Shown: positions 22,535 through 33,037 of the stretch, in pieces | How the letters are laid out: each line of letters opens with the position of its first letter | Position numbering within the stretch: the stretch's first letter is position 1 | The notes under the pieces: generated by a model | The model's database searches: none | Told to the model about the DNA's origin: nothing | Seen by the model: only the letters and a program-made list of their open reading frames with translations | Translations under genes and position numbers: made by a program | Source of the DNA: an uncultured delta proteobacterium | GTDB lineage: Bacteria > Myxococcota > Kuafuiibacteriia > Kuafuiibacteriales > Kuafuiibacteriaceae | Direction of reading: 5' to 3' | Assembly: GCA_963803435.1 (NCBI GenBank) | Contig: CAWDML010000001.1 | Span: 1,984,001 to 2,048,000 of the forward strand | DNA length: 64,000 nucleotides

Positions 22535-23274
22535 CGCCCGTGATGGTTCTCGAACCAACCCCGCAGGTCGGCGCCCCACTTGAAGCGGGCGAGCTTGGTC
22601 AGGAACGTCACGATGGTGGTGGGCTTGACGTGGGAGACACCGCTCTCGCGCATCCGGGAGAAGGCGTTCATCTCGATCACCGGTACACCCAGGTGGCGGA
22701 CCTTGATCATGATCTCCGGATCGAGGAGCCAGTCCTTCGAGATCAGCTCGAGCTCTTCCAGGATCGCGCGCGGGAGCACCTTCGGGCTGCCGTTGACGTC
22801 GAGCGTCCCCAGCCCGGGCCAGAACGCGAGCATCATCAAGTTGTAGATGACCGACACCACCCAGCGATCGGGGCCGTCGAGACGGAAGCGGCGCCGCACC
22901 TTGCCGAGCACCGGCCCCTGGGCGCGGCTGACCGACTCGTAGACCTTCACCACGTCCTCGGCGTCGACCTGGCCGTCGGCCGGGATGATGCCGACGTACG
23001 GGGCACGGCAGCGCTTGATCGCGTCGAGGACGCCGAACCCGTAGCCCTGGTTGACCTCCACGCGGTGCGGGACCACCGGCAGGCCCTCAGCGGCGAACCT
23101 CCGGATGATGTCGCCGGTCCGATCGGTGGAGCCGTTGTCGCAAGCCACCAGCTCGAGACGATAGCCGGCCTGCGCGAACGCCTTCACCAGCCTCGGGATG
23201 GTGTACCCGATGACCGCCTCCTCGTTGTAGCAAGGCATGATGAAGGAGATGTGAGGCAGCTCAGCGGTGCTCAT
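22531..23274 (-). CDS. GT2, polyprenol-phosphate glycosyltransferase-like
   Basis: MPCYNEE, DNGSTD, ADGQ. Confidence 0.88.
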   Translation of the reverse strand: MSTAELPHISFIMPCYNEEAVIGYTIPRLVKAFAQAGYRLELVACDNGSTDRTGDIIRRFAAEGLPVVPHRVEVNQGYGFGVLDAIKRCRAPYVGIIPADGQVDAEDVVKVYESVSRAQGPVLGKVRRRFRLDGPDRWVVSVIYNLMMLAFWPGLGTLDVNGSPKVLPRAILEELELISKDWLLDPEIMIKVRHLGVPVIEMNAFSRMRESGVSHVKPTTIVTFLTKLARFKWGADLRGWFENHHGR

Positions 23275-23280
23275 GACGCC

Positions 23281-25288
23281 TCACTCGAACGTACGCCGCA
23301 GATCGCGGGCGAACAGGGTCCGGGTGAACTTGCCGAGGCCCGCGGGGTGCTCGCCGAACGTGTCGACCTTGCTGGCGATCAAGCGTTTGGTCTCGGGTTT
23401 GACGAAGCCGCGGTACCTTCGCGACGCGTCGAAGCGGTAATCGGACAGCGGCGCTCGGTAGCCCTCGGACGCCCAGCGCTGGATGTCCCACGGCGTCTCG
23501 AACGCGACCTCGCGCTCCATCGTCTCCTTGAACGGAGTGTGCAGGATGACCTGATGGAGGAACTCGAAGACGGTCCGGAGCTGCTCCGGATCGTACGTGC
23601 CTTGGGGGAGCTCGCCGCGGATCACGTCCTCCAGGAACTCGAGCCCCTCGTGGGCGGTGTAGAAGCGGCCCAGCATCGAATACTTGCTGAGGAGGTTGCC
23701 GCCCACCGTGCCGTCGACCAGCGCGGCGTAGTTCTGGCGCGCCCACTCGAGGCAGCCGTCGCGGGTATCGAACAGCTCGCTCTGGCTCTCCTCGACGAAG
23801 TCGTCGATGACCTTGCGGAACGCCGGGGGCGCCTAGTCCAGCGCCGCTTGCAGCCCGCGGTGCAGCGGAAACGGACCGAGCCCTGCCTGCTGGGCCAGCT
23901 GGAAGGCCTCCTCGATAGTTGCCCTCGTAATAAAAGATCGTGAGCAGCAGGTGGAAGACGCGGATCTCGAGGTACTTCTCGAAGGAGAAGGTCGGCGTCT
24001 GCACCACCATCTCCTCGACCTCGATGACCGGGTCGCCGGTGTAGTCGCCGATGTTGCGCGCAATGACGCGCCACTTGGTCTCGAGCCCGAAGCGCTGGCG
24101 GCTCTCGGGGTTCGACAGCTCCGCGCCGTGCAGCAGCATCAGCTGGTGCGCCGAAATCCGCTGGGCGCCGGCGTCGAGGAACTTCTCGATGGCGTCGAGG
24201 AAGGTCTCCGGCGTCTCGCCCGGAAGGCAGAGGATCAGCTCGCCGTAGGACTGCATCCCTTGGGCGTGGAGCTCGTCCTGGAGCTGCTGGTACGTGTCCA
24301 ATTTGATGTTGGAGCGCTTGATGTTGACCAGTACCTGAGGATTCATCGACTGCACGGCCGAGGTCATCGGCAGCGCGCCCTTCACCTTCCGCATCACCCT
24401 GATGATGCGCTCGCCGTTGTTCTTGCCGGTGGTGGTTCGGATGTAGCGCGGCCAGCCGTAGTGGTCCTGGAGCCAGCCGAGATAGTCGGCGATCGATTCG
24501 TCCCGCAGGTACATGCCGAAGTTGTCGTCGGCGAAGCAGAGCGTGGTCTCGGGCTTCAATCGCTCGGCGAGGTGGAGGAGGTCCGCCTTCACGTTCTCGA
24601 TCGAGTGGGCGTAGACACGGCTGTTCTGCTTCACCCCGGAGTTGCAGAAGGTGCAAGAGAACGGGCAGCCTCGGGTGATCTGCAGCATCGGGAAGTATCC
24701 CGTCGCGTAGAACGGCTCCATGAGACCGCCGAGATACGGGGACGGGATCTCGTCGAGGTCGGTGATCCGATCGACCGGCCCACCCACCACCAGCTCGCCG
24801 CACCTGCGATCGATCCAGGTGTTGCCGGGAAGCGGGCTCTCCAGCGTGCCCTCGATGCTGAGGTTCGACTCGAGGAGGCGCTCGATCAGGCTCTTGAAGG
24901 CGCGCTCGCCCTCGTAGGTGGGGCCGTCGACGTAGACGTCGATCATCGGCTTGTCGCGGAGGAACTGTGCCTGCACCGGTCGCGTGAGCGGCCAGTTGGG
25001 ACCGCCCATGACGGTGAGCGTGGCCGGCCGCTTCGCCTTGGTGTAGCGGGCGAACGTGTAGGCGAGCTCCTCGTTCCAGGTGTAGTTCGAGAGACCGAGG
25101 ACGTCGGGGACGGTGCGATCGAGCGCCGCTTTGAGATCCTGCGGCTCGCGGAACAGCCGCACGTCGAGGGCACCCCTGGTCACGTACGCGCCGAGGTAGC
25201 TGGCCATGTTTGCTGCGCCCAGCGGATAAACGTCGGAGCTCTTCGTCAGGAGATTGTGGCCGAGATCGGCGATGAAGATCTGCGTCAT
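23281..25288 (-). CDS. Cobalamin-binding radical SAM protein; frameshift ~23925 and in-frame TAG at 23833-23835
   Basis: B12 domain (GLSNYTWN, GGPN), TRGCPFSCTFC, ADDNFG, LPGET. Confidence 0.88.
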
Positions 25289-26277
25289 GAGAGCTTGTGG
25301 GAGGCCAAACAATACGCGTAGGTCGCCGCGCTGTACATCAGGTGGACCTGGTGAAACAGCCAGGCGGCGGTCCCGAATACAGGCCCGCGCGCGCGGGTGA
25401 AGAACGCGATCATGTCGCGCTGGATCAGGGCCGAGATCGCCACGGGCAAGAGCGCCGCCGGGAGGGCGAGCCACTGGCCCGTGAGCGCCAGGACCGGCGA
25501 GATCGCGACGCCGCCCACCGCGAACGGTGCGAGCGCGGCGGAGATCCGCTGCGACCATCGCAGGTTCAAATCGTTCGGCATCTCACCTGTCTCGAGGATC
25601 AGCTTCGACCACGGCATGGCCCGCGACTTGATGTCGGTCTCGATCACCGAGCGCAGGGTCCATCGCTTCAGATGCGTGACGTGGAGCGCGCGATCCAGGC
25701 GCGTGCGCCCGTGCTTCCTCAGTCGGAGCCCCAGCTCGATGTCCTCGATCATCGGCATCGGGAAGCGGGCCGCATCGAAGCCCTCGATCCTCTCGTAGAC
25801 GTCCCGGAGGACCGCCCCACAGCCGGCCCAGAAGGTCGCATCCTCGGTGTTCGCCTTCTGGTGGATGAAGTGGTGGCGAAGGTTCATGTACTGCGAGAAG
25901 AAGTTGGGCTCGGGCGGCGTGTCGTCGTACGAGCCGGTGAGGCTGACCATGTCGGGGTGCTCGGCGAACGAGCGCCGGACCCGCTCGACCACGTCGGGGT
26001 GGGCGACGCAGTCCGAGTCGATGAAGAGCACCACGTCCTCGTCGGCCTGCTTCACCCCAACGTTGCGCGCGTGCGCGGGGCCGGCGCGGTGCGGCAACCG
26101 GATCACCTGGGCGCCGAGCGCCTCGGCGACCTCGGCGGTATCGTCCGTCGAGCCGGGATCGACGACGATCACCCGCCCGCCCTGCGCCGCCTCGATCGCA
26201 GCGGTCAGCGTCTTCGGGAGCAGGTGTGCCGCGTTGTACGCCGGCATGACGATCGCGACCGATGGGAGCCCATCCAT
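25285..26277 (-). CDS. Glycosyltransferase family 2 with C-terminal TMs
   Basis: MPAYNA, ARNVG, FIDSD, EDIELG. Confidence 0.9.
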   Translation of the reverse strand: MDGLPSVAIVMPAYNAAHLLPKTLTAAIEAAQGGRVIVVDPGSTDDTAEVAEALGAQVIRLPHRAGPAHARNVGVKQADEDVVLFIDSDCVAHPDVVERVRRSFAEHPDMVSLTGSYDDTPPEPNFFSQYMNLRHHFIHQKANTEDATFWAGCGAVLRDVYERIEGFDAARFPMPMIEDIELGLRLRKHGRTRLDRALHVTHLKRWTLRSVIETDIKSRAMPWSKLILETGEMPNDLNLRWSQRISAALAPFAVGGVAISPVLALTGQWLALPAALLPVAISALIQRDMIAFFTRARGPVFGTAAWLFHQVHLMYSAATYAYCLASHKLS

Positions 26278-26304
26278 CGCGAACTCAATACTGGTCCTCG
26301 GAGC

Positions 26305-27585
26305 TCAGAACAAGCAGGAGCAATTTCCGAAGATACACTGCCGATTCGGGTCGCTGCACATCTGGCCGGTGATCGTGCTGCACGTCTCATGGCACAGGCC
26401 GGTGGCATCGACGCAGCGGGCCCCCGCGGGGCACTGGGTGTCGTCCGTACAGCCGCCGCAGAGCCCGTTCATCGTCCCCTGACAGCGATGACTGGCGTCG
26501 CAGACACCGCCGTTGCACTCGCTGTTGTCGCGGCACCCGACCTCGCACATCGGGGGGCTCATGGCCGTGTTGCACCAGAAGCCGCCCTGGCAGTCGGTGT
26601 CGCCGGTGCATGCGCTCGAGACGCACTGGCCGCTGCCCGGATCGCAGGTCTGGCCGGCCGTGCAGAGCGCAGGGGTGTTGTTGCAGTTCTTGGCGACGCA
26701 GACGTTGTTGACGCACGTCTGGGTGCTCGCGTTGCACTCGCCGCCGCCGGGAGTACAGGGGCTCCCGTTGACGCACTTGCCGTTCGACTCGCTTCCGGGC
26801 GCGAGGTCGCAGACCAGGCCGTCGTTCTGACACTGCGTGTCCGAGGTACAGTTGGGCGCGGGGAGACAGCGCTTCGGCGGCGTGTTGATCGAGCAGAACA
26901 TCCCCACGTAGGCCCCGTTCATCTTGCAATCTTCGTCGCTCTGGCACTCGTCCTGCCGCAGGCGACAGGTGCCGGGTGGTGTCTGCGGGATGTCGCACTT
27001 GCACACGCCGCCGGCGCACCCGGGCTGGTCGTTGCAGTCGTTGTCCGCGAAGCAGCCGTCACCGCCGAAGCACTCGCCGGTGGCGCCGTTGCATTCGGGC
27101 GCGGACACCGGGCAGTCGGCCGGTGAGAGACAGCGCGCCGGTGGAGGGCAGCACGAGTTGTTCTTGCAGACGTTGTCCGTGCCGCACTCGCTCCGATCGG
27201 TGCAGCTCCCAGAGCAGGCGTTGGTGCCGGCGTCCGGCGAGCCCCCGACCATCACGCAGGTGAAGTCGAACTGGCAGGTGTAGTTGGCCGGACACTCACC
27301 GGCGTGCATCCCGTCGCACTCGACACAGTAGAAGCGGTTCGAGTGGCAGACCTTTCCGTCGTCGGCGCACTCGTCGTCCGTCTGACAGGAGCGGACCTGC
27401 TGGCAGATCCCGGCGACGCAGATCCCTTGACCGCCGCAGTCGGTGGTCGTGCTGCAGAGGATGGTCTCCGTGCCGGCGTCGTTCTTGGGGACGAACGGGA
27501 CACCGCCCTGGCCGCGGCATCCCGATCCGGCGAGCGCGGCGGCCCACAGCAACATGAACAGGCTGGATGATCGGGCGGGACCCAT
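26305..27585 (-). CDS. Cys-rich repeat lipoprotein (CxxDxxC modules)
   Basis: Lipobox-like AGSGC; about 10 repeats such as CQTDDEC, CTSDTQC, CTGDTDC. Confidence 0.8.
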   Translation of the reverse strand: MGPARSSSLFMLLWAAALAGSGCRGQGGVPFVPKNDAGTETILCSTTTDCGGQGICVAGICQQVRSCQTDDECADDGKVCHSNRFYCVECDGMHAGECPANYTCQFDFTCVMVGGSPDAGTNACSGSCTDRSECGTDNVCKNNSCCPPPARCLSPADCPVSAPECNGATGECFGGDGCFADNDCNDQPGCAGGVCKCDIPQTPPGTCRLRQDECQSDEDCKMNGAYVGMFCSINTPPKRCLPAPNCTSDTQCQNDGLVCDLAPGSESNGKCVNGSPCTPGGGECNASTQTCVNNVCVAKNCNNTPALCTAGQTCDPGSGQCVSSACTGDTDCQGGFWCNTAMSPPMCEVGCRDNSECNGGVCDASHRCQGTMNGLCGGCTDDTQCPAGARCVDATGLCHETCSTITGQMCSDPNRQCIFGNCSCLF

Positions 27586-27681
27586 CGTGGTGGGCGGGAC
27601 TTTGGCCAACCCTCGAGCCCCGGTCATCCGGAAAGCGTCCGAGCGCACCGCTCCCACCGGGGTTACCTTGGTTACATTCGC

Positions 27682-28290
27682 TCACTCCTCGCGGGCGAGC
27701 GCCAGCACGAAGACCGCCCGCGCGCCGGCGCTCTGGAGCGCGTGGACCGCCGCCTCGGCCGTCGCACCGGTCGTCACCACGTCGTCGATCAGAACCACGG
27801 CGCGCCGATCGCACCGATCGGCACCTGGGCGAAAGGCCCCGATCAAGTTCTCGCGGCGCTCCTTCCGCCCGAGGCCCACCTGCGGCCGCTCGACGGTCCG
27901 CACCAGCGCGCGCGGGAGCACCGGGAGGCCGAGGTGCCGCGCCAGCTCCTGCGCATGGTTGTAGCCGCGGCGGATCGTACGGCGCGGCGTCGAGGGCACC
28001 GGCACCGCCGCCTCGACGTCGAGCGATGTCAACCCAGCTTGCATCAGCCGGCCGAGCGGACGCGCCAGCTCGGGACGATCGCGATACTTGAGCCGATGGA
28101 TCGCGTCCGCGATCGGACCGCCGAAGGCGAAGAGCGCCCGCGCTCCGAGCGCGCCCGGGATCGCGAAGGGTGCGGCCGGGAGGAGCGCCTCTCCGCAGAT
28201 CTCGCAGAACGGCTCCGCGCCCGCACGACCGCAGGCGGCGCACGACGGCGGGTAAACGGCTTCGAGCAGTCGAGAGAGGAGCGTGCTCAT
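27682..28290 (-). CDS. comF: ComF family (double zinc ribbon + PRTase)
   Basis: CAAC..CEIC, RGYNHA, IDDVVTTGAT. Confidence 0.9.
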   Translation of the reverse strand: MSTLLSRLLEAVYPPSCAACGRAGAEPFCEICGEALLPAAPFAIPGALGARALFAFGGPIADAIHRLKYRDRPELARPLGRLMQAGLTSLDVEAAVPVPSTPRRTIRRGYNHAQELARHLGLPVLPRALVRTVERPQVGLGRKERRENLIGAFRPGADRCDRRAVVLIDDVVTTGATAEAAVHALQSAGARAVFVLALAREE

Positions 28291-28757
28291 TTGTGATAGG
28301 GCTCGCCGCGGAGGATCGTACACGCGCGGTAGAGCTGCTCCGCCAGGATGAGCCTCGCGATCCGATGGGGCAACGTCATCTGGGACAGCGACCAACGCTC
28401 GCCCGCGGAGCGAAGGAAATCCGCGTCGAGGCCCGACGGACCGCCCACCACGAACGCGATCGACGGGACGGCGCGGGCGATGAGCGCCTCGAGGCGCTTT
28501 GCCACCTCCAGCGAGCCGAGCTGCTTCCCCCGCTCGTCGAGCAGAACCACATGCTCGCCGTCCCGCAGGGTTTTCTGAATTCGTTCCGCCTCCGCCCGTT
28601 TTACCTGATCGACGGGGGTGCTCTTCTTCAGCGGCTCCTCCTTCACCTCCACGACCTCGATCGGAAAGTACCGCCGGATCCGCGCCACATAGTCGTCGGC
28701 GCACTGAACGATCGGATCGTTCTTGTCCCGGCCCACGACGATGATCCGAAGCTTCAC
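28287..28757 (-). CDS. rlmH: 23S rRNA pseudouridine-1915 N3-methyltransferase
   Basis: VGGPSG, SLSQMTLPH, EQLYRA, GEPYHK. Confidence 0.95.
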   Translation of the reverse strand: MKLRIIVVGRDKNDPIVQCADDYVARIRRYFPIEVVEVKEEPLKKSTPVDQVKRAEAERIQKTLRDGEHVVLLDERGKQLGSLEVAKRLEALIARAVPSIAFVVGGPSGLDADFLRSAGERWSLSQMTLPHRIARLILAEQLYRACTILRGEPYHK

Positions 28758-28801
28758 GCGTGAAGATTACTTCACGGCCCTTTTTTGCCTATGCTCCCCC
28801 C

Positions 28802-30196
28802 GTGCTTCGCGCACTGATCCTGGCCACCCTCGGAATCCCGGTTTGCGCCGCCCTCTTCACCGGCGCGGTGACCTTCGTCCTCTTCTCGTACGGGGCCGGC
28901 GAGCCCCCCGACGCCGCCGATCTGGCGGGCGCCCTCATGTTCGGTGGGCTCTCGCTGGTCGTGGTGTTGCTGGCGCTCCGGGCCTCGCGCAGGGAGGACA
29001 GCGTGGCGCCGATGCTCTCCCGCGCCGCGCCGGTGCTGCTCCTGCTGGGCGCCATCGGCGGAGCCTGGGCCACGGTGGCGATCTCCCGCGATCACCTGGA
29101 GTCGCTGGCGGCCTCGCGGGAGGACGAGTGTCACGAGTACCTCGAGGACCGCGCGACCGAGGCGGCGATGACCACCTGCCTCCGCGAGGTGAGGACGTGC
29201 GAGCAGAAGGTCCGCGAAGACGACTCGGGCCGCAGCACCACGATCCTGATCCAGGAGTGCCTCGCCAAACGGGTGGGCGCGCTCGAGCTGATGGGCAAGG
29301 TCGCCGAGACCCCACACGGACCGGCGGACGAGGCGGTGAAGCCGGTGTACCCGGCCGAGGTGGAGAACGTACCGCCGGTGGTCGATCGCCTCTGCGATCT
29401 CCTGCACGGTCTCCCCAAGCGCAGGCGGGCCGAGTGCTGCCAGAAGAAGCCGGGCGTGATCCTCACGAGGGAGTGCGTACGTAACCTCACCGGCGCGCTC
29501 GCCGACGGCGCGGTCACGCTGGCGGACGTCAACGTCGACGCCTGCGAGAACGCGATGAAGTCGGCCCACGAGACCTGCGATTGGGTCGGGCCGCGTCCGC
29601 CCGGCGTCCCCGAGGCCTGCCTCGGCCTGCTGCGCGGCACCCGCAAGCTCAACGATGCCTGCCGCTCCTCGCTCGAGTGTCAACACGGGTTGCGCTGCGT
29701 GGGATCCGGTCCCACCGAGCCCGGCCACTGCGCCAAGCCGGGCGCGATCGGCTCGCCGTGCAACACGTCCGTGGACACGCTGGCGGTCTACGTCCGCCAG
29801 GACGACGTCAATCGGCGCCACCCGGCCTGCTCCGACGGGTTCTGCGAGCGAAACCGATGCGTCGAGAAGATCCGGAGCGGCGGCGCCTGCAAGGCCAACG
29901 ATCAGTGTCTCTTCGGTCGATGCGCCGACGGACGCTGTGTCGACGAGCGGACCGCGGACGTCGGCGAGGCGTGCCTGGGCGGCGACTGCATCGAGGGCAC
30001 CCGCTGCATTGGCGGGAAGTGCGCCGAGCTCAAGGGGCTGGGCGCCGATTGCACCAAGAACGCCGAGTGCCGGGCCGCCTGCGTGGACGGAAAGTGCGCG
30101 CTCGGGTGCGAGGACGCGCCGCTGCTCAAGAAGCTGAGCCCTCCGCCGGCCCCCGCCGTCACCCCGGGCACGTCGGCACCGGCCAAGAAGCCCTGA
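28802..30196 (+). CDS. Three-TM protein with Cys-rich extracellular domain
   Basis: Three hydrophobic helices, then CxxxxxC repeats; TATGCT 6 nt before GTG. Confidence 0.65.
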   Translation: MLRALILATLGIPVCAALFTGAVTFVLFSYGAGEPPDAADLAGALMFGGLSLVVVLLALRASRREDSVAPMLSRAAPVLLLLGAIGGAWATVAISRDHLESLAASREDECHEYLEDRATEAAMTTCLREVRTCEQKVREDDSGRSTTILIQECLAKRVGALELMGKVAETPHGPADEAVKPVYPAEVENVPPVVDRLCDLLHGLPKRRRAECCQKKPGVILTRECVRNLTGALADGAVTLADVNVDACENAMKSAHETCDWVGPRPPGVPEACLGLLRGTRKLNDACRSSLECQHGLRCVGSGPTEPGHCAKPGAIGSPCNTSVDTLAVYVRQDDVNRRHPACSDGFCERNRCVEKIRSGGACKANDQCLFGRCADGRCVDERTADVGEACLGGDCIEGTRCIGGKCAELKGLGADCTKNAECRAACVDGKCALGCEDAPLLKKLSPPPAPAVTPGTSAPAKKP

Positions 30197-30216
30197 GGAC
30201 GCGCCCCTGTCCTCCG

Positions 30217-31437
30217 CTACCGAGGCTCGAGCGGAAACCTGAGCGTGAACGTGGTGCCGGCGCCGAGCGTCGACTCGACCGCGATGCTGCCGCGATGAGC
30301 GTCCATCACGTCCCTCACGATCTTCGTCCCCAGCCCGGTACCTCCAGGCGTGCGGCTGATCGGGTTCTGCGAGAACAGCCGATCGCGGACCGCGGGCTCC
30401 ATGCCACGCCCGTCGTCGGCGATCTCGATCTCGATCCACTCCCCGTCGCGCCGCCCGCGGATCGCCACCCGCCCGGCCCCCGAGATCTCCGGGATCGCGT
30501 TGATCACAAGATTGTAGAACGCCGTGTAGATCCGGCTCTCGTCCCCGACCAGGGCCGGGAGCGCCTCGAGCCCCTCGGCCTCGAGCGTGATCGCCCGCTC
30601 CTGCGCCAGCGGACCGAGCGCCGCGAACACGTCGGCGACCACCAGAGCGAGTTGCAACGGCGCGAACGTGGGCGGGCTGGAGCGGCCCTTCACGCAGTCG
30701 GCGATCTCCTTGACCCGATGTCGAATGCGCCCTGCGCTCTTGTGGATGGCGCCCAACGAATCGAAGCAAAGCTCTCGGCTGGCCTGCACCTCGGCGGTCG
30801 GCGGCTGGCGCTCGAACAGCTCGCGCAGCTCCTCGTCGAGGAGATCAGCGCACGAGATCACGGGGGTCAGCAGGTTCTTCAGGTCGTGGCCGATGTTCCC
30901 GAGCATCCGCGCGATCTCGGCCAGCCGCTCCTGCTCGAAGAGCCGGGCGTGCTCGATCGCCATCGCAGCAAAGCTGGCGATCACGGTCAGCACATCGAGG
31001 TCGGCCTGATCGAGGGTGCCGTCCCTCTTGTTGAGCGCATTGAGCACGCCGATCGGCGCGCCGCCCCAGCGCTTGAGCGGGACCGTGATCATGTCGCGCG
31101 TCTCGAAGCCGGTCGCGGCGTCGACACGGTCGAAGTGCTGGGCGCTCTTCTGCGCGTCGAGCGTGAGCTGTGCCTCGCCGCTCTGAAAGACCGCGCCCGC
31201 GATCCCGCGGTCCCAGGGGATCGCGGTGCCCCGCGGAACCGGCTTCTCCCCGATCGAGTACTGGAACACCAGGGTCCGATGCTCCGGGTCGGCGAGCAGG
31301 ATCGAGCCGGCCTGGGCCCGGACCTCCTCGAGCGCGGTCTCGAGGGCGATGATCGGGATCCGCTCCAGATCGAACGAGTCGAACAGCGATCGGCTCACCC
31401 GACTGAGGGCCTCGATCGTGTGGGCCTCGCCGGTCAC
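30217..31437 (-). CDS. GAF-domain sensor histidine kinase
   Basis: GAF (LNALNK), HDLKN, NLVINA, DDGRG, GTGLG; GTGA overlap with the cyclase stop. Confidence 0.9.
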   Translation of the reverse strand: MTGEAHTIEALSRVSRSLFDSFDLERIPIIALETALEEVRAQAGSILLADPEHRTLVFQYSIGEKPVPRGTAIPWDRGIAGAVFQSGEAQLTLDAQKSAQHFDRVDAATGFETRDMITVPLKRWGGAPIGVLNALNKRDGTLDQADLDVLTVIASFAAMAIEHARLFEQERLAEIARMLGNIGHDLKNLLTPVISCADLLDEELRELFERQPPTAEVQASRELCFDSLGAIHKSAGRIRHRVKEIADCVKGRSSPPTFAPLQLALVVADVFAALGPLAQERAITLEAEGLEALPALVGDESRIYTAFYNLVINAIPEISGAGRVAIRGRRDGEWIEIEIADDGRGMEPAVRDRLFSQNPISRTPGGTGLGTKIVRDVMDAHRGSIAVESTLGAGTTFTLRFPLEPR

Positions 31438-32994
31438 CGGGACGCTCCGCCGAGCGGAATCACGCGATGCGGCGTGACCATGCTCGCCTTTCCCTTGACG
31501 GCGATCTGCGGGAGCGCCTCCGTCGGGAGGTCCGGAGGCAGCCGCGCTGCGGTCGCGTCGCTCAACCACACTTCGCCGGCGGGCGCGTGGCTGGTCAGGC
31601 GCGACGCCAGGTTGACCGTATCGCCGATGACGGAGAACTGCATCTTGCGCGGCGTTCCCAGGTTCCCGGCGACCACCGGGCCGGTGGCGACGCCGACGCC
31701 GATCTCGAGCGAGCCCACCTCGGGGAACTCGTTCGAGGCGTTCAGGATCAGGATCTTCTCCTGGAGCGCCATCGCGCAGCGGGTCCCGCGAACCACGTGG
31801 TCCTCCTGCTCCAGCGGCGCGTTGAAGATCACGTAGAGCGCGTCGCCGATGAACTTGTCGATGTAGCCCTCGTACTGATTCACGACGCCGACGACGTGCC
31901 CGTAGTAGCGGTTCAGCACGTCGAGCATCCGAATCGGGCTCCAGAGCCTCGCCCATGGTGGTGAAGCCGCGGATGTCCGCGAAGAAGACCGTCGCCTCGC
32001 GGGAGCTCGAAGGGATGCTCAGCTCGCCGCCCTGCTCGCGGATGCGCTGGAGCAGGTGCGGATTGACGTAGGCGTCGAACGCGCCCTCGAGCCGCCGCGA
32101 AAGATCGAGCGACTGGACCATCGCGTTCATCTGACGCGCGAGCTGGCGGAACTCCAGGCTGCCGCCCTCCTGCACCCGCACGTTCAGGTTTCCGGCGGTG
32201 ACGCGCTCGAGCGCCACGTAGATCGGGTGGACTGCGTTCATCGCCAGCTCCCCCAGCTTGCTGGCGGCGCTGACCGCCGCAGGGACGAAGAGCAGGAGCA
32301 GCGCCAGCGAGACCCCCACGCCGATGAGGTCCGACGAGTCGATCTGACCGAACGGCTCGGGCAGGTGCACCTTTTCCTTCAGCATCTGGTCGAGCTTCGC
32401 CGGCACGACCAGCTTCTTGCCGACCTCGATCTTGAGGTCCTCGGGCGACTGATGGATCGCGACCTGGACCAGCTTGGGGATGGCGATGAACGAGAACACC
32501 GACCCGACCATCGCAAAGAAGATGAGCCCGAAGACCACCACCAGGAGACGCGTGTGAAAGCGCGAGGCGATGCTCCCGCCCACGCCGTCGATCAGCTGCA
32601 CCAGGAACGTGCCGGTCACCGCGCTGACAAACCAGGCGCCGCCCAGGAGCACCACCTTGGCCAGGTTGGAGGCGCCGATCGCCAGGAACGGGAGGGCGGC
32701 GAGGGGCCATGCGACGAACCCGACCGGGATCAGCAGGGCCGTGGCGAGGATCCGCAGGACAGCGATCCGATCCAGGAGCGCGCGATAGCAGACGGTGTCG
32801 AGCCACATGGCCACCGCCACGATGCAGACGAACCCACCCACCATGATGAGCGGATGCGCGACCTGTCCGACGATGCTGCTGACGACGCCGACGATCGCGA
32901 GACCGACGAACGCCCACACCGGCGCTCGCCGCGCAGGCCTCAACGACGGGGTGAGAACCTCGGGGCTCTCGGGGATCGGAGTTGCCCTGGGCAT
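31434..32994 (-). CDS. Membrane HAMP + class III adenylate cyclase; frameshift ~31930
   Basis: TMs, HAMP, FADIRGFT, DKFIGDA, GDTVNLASRL. Confidence 0.88.
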
Positions 32995-33037
32995 CGGCGT
33001 CCGCGGGTACGGTACCACGCGGCGCAGCGGAACGTGA

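Noticed and set aside
27661-27676. GGTTAC-3-GGTTAC direct repeat upstream of the Cys-rich lipoprotein
   Set aside because: Too short and occurs once; cannot be distinguished from chance
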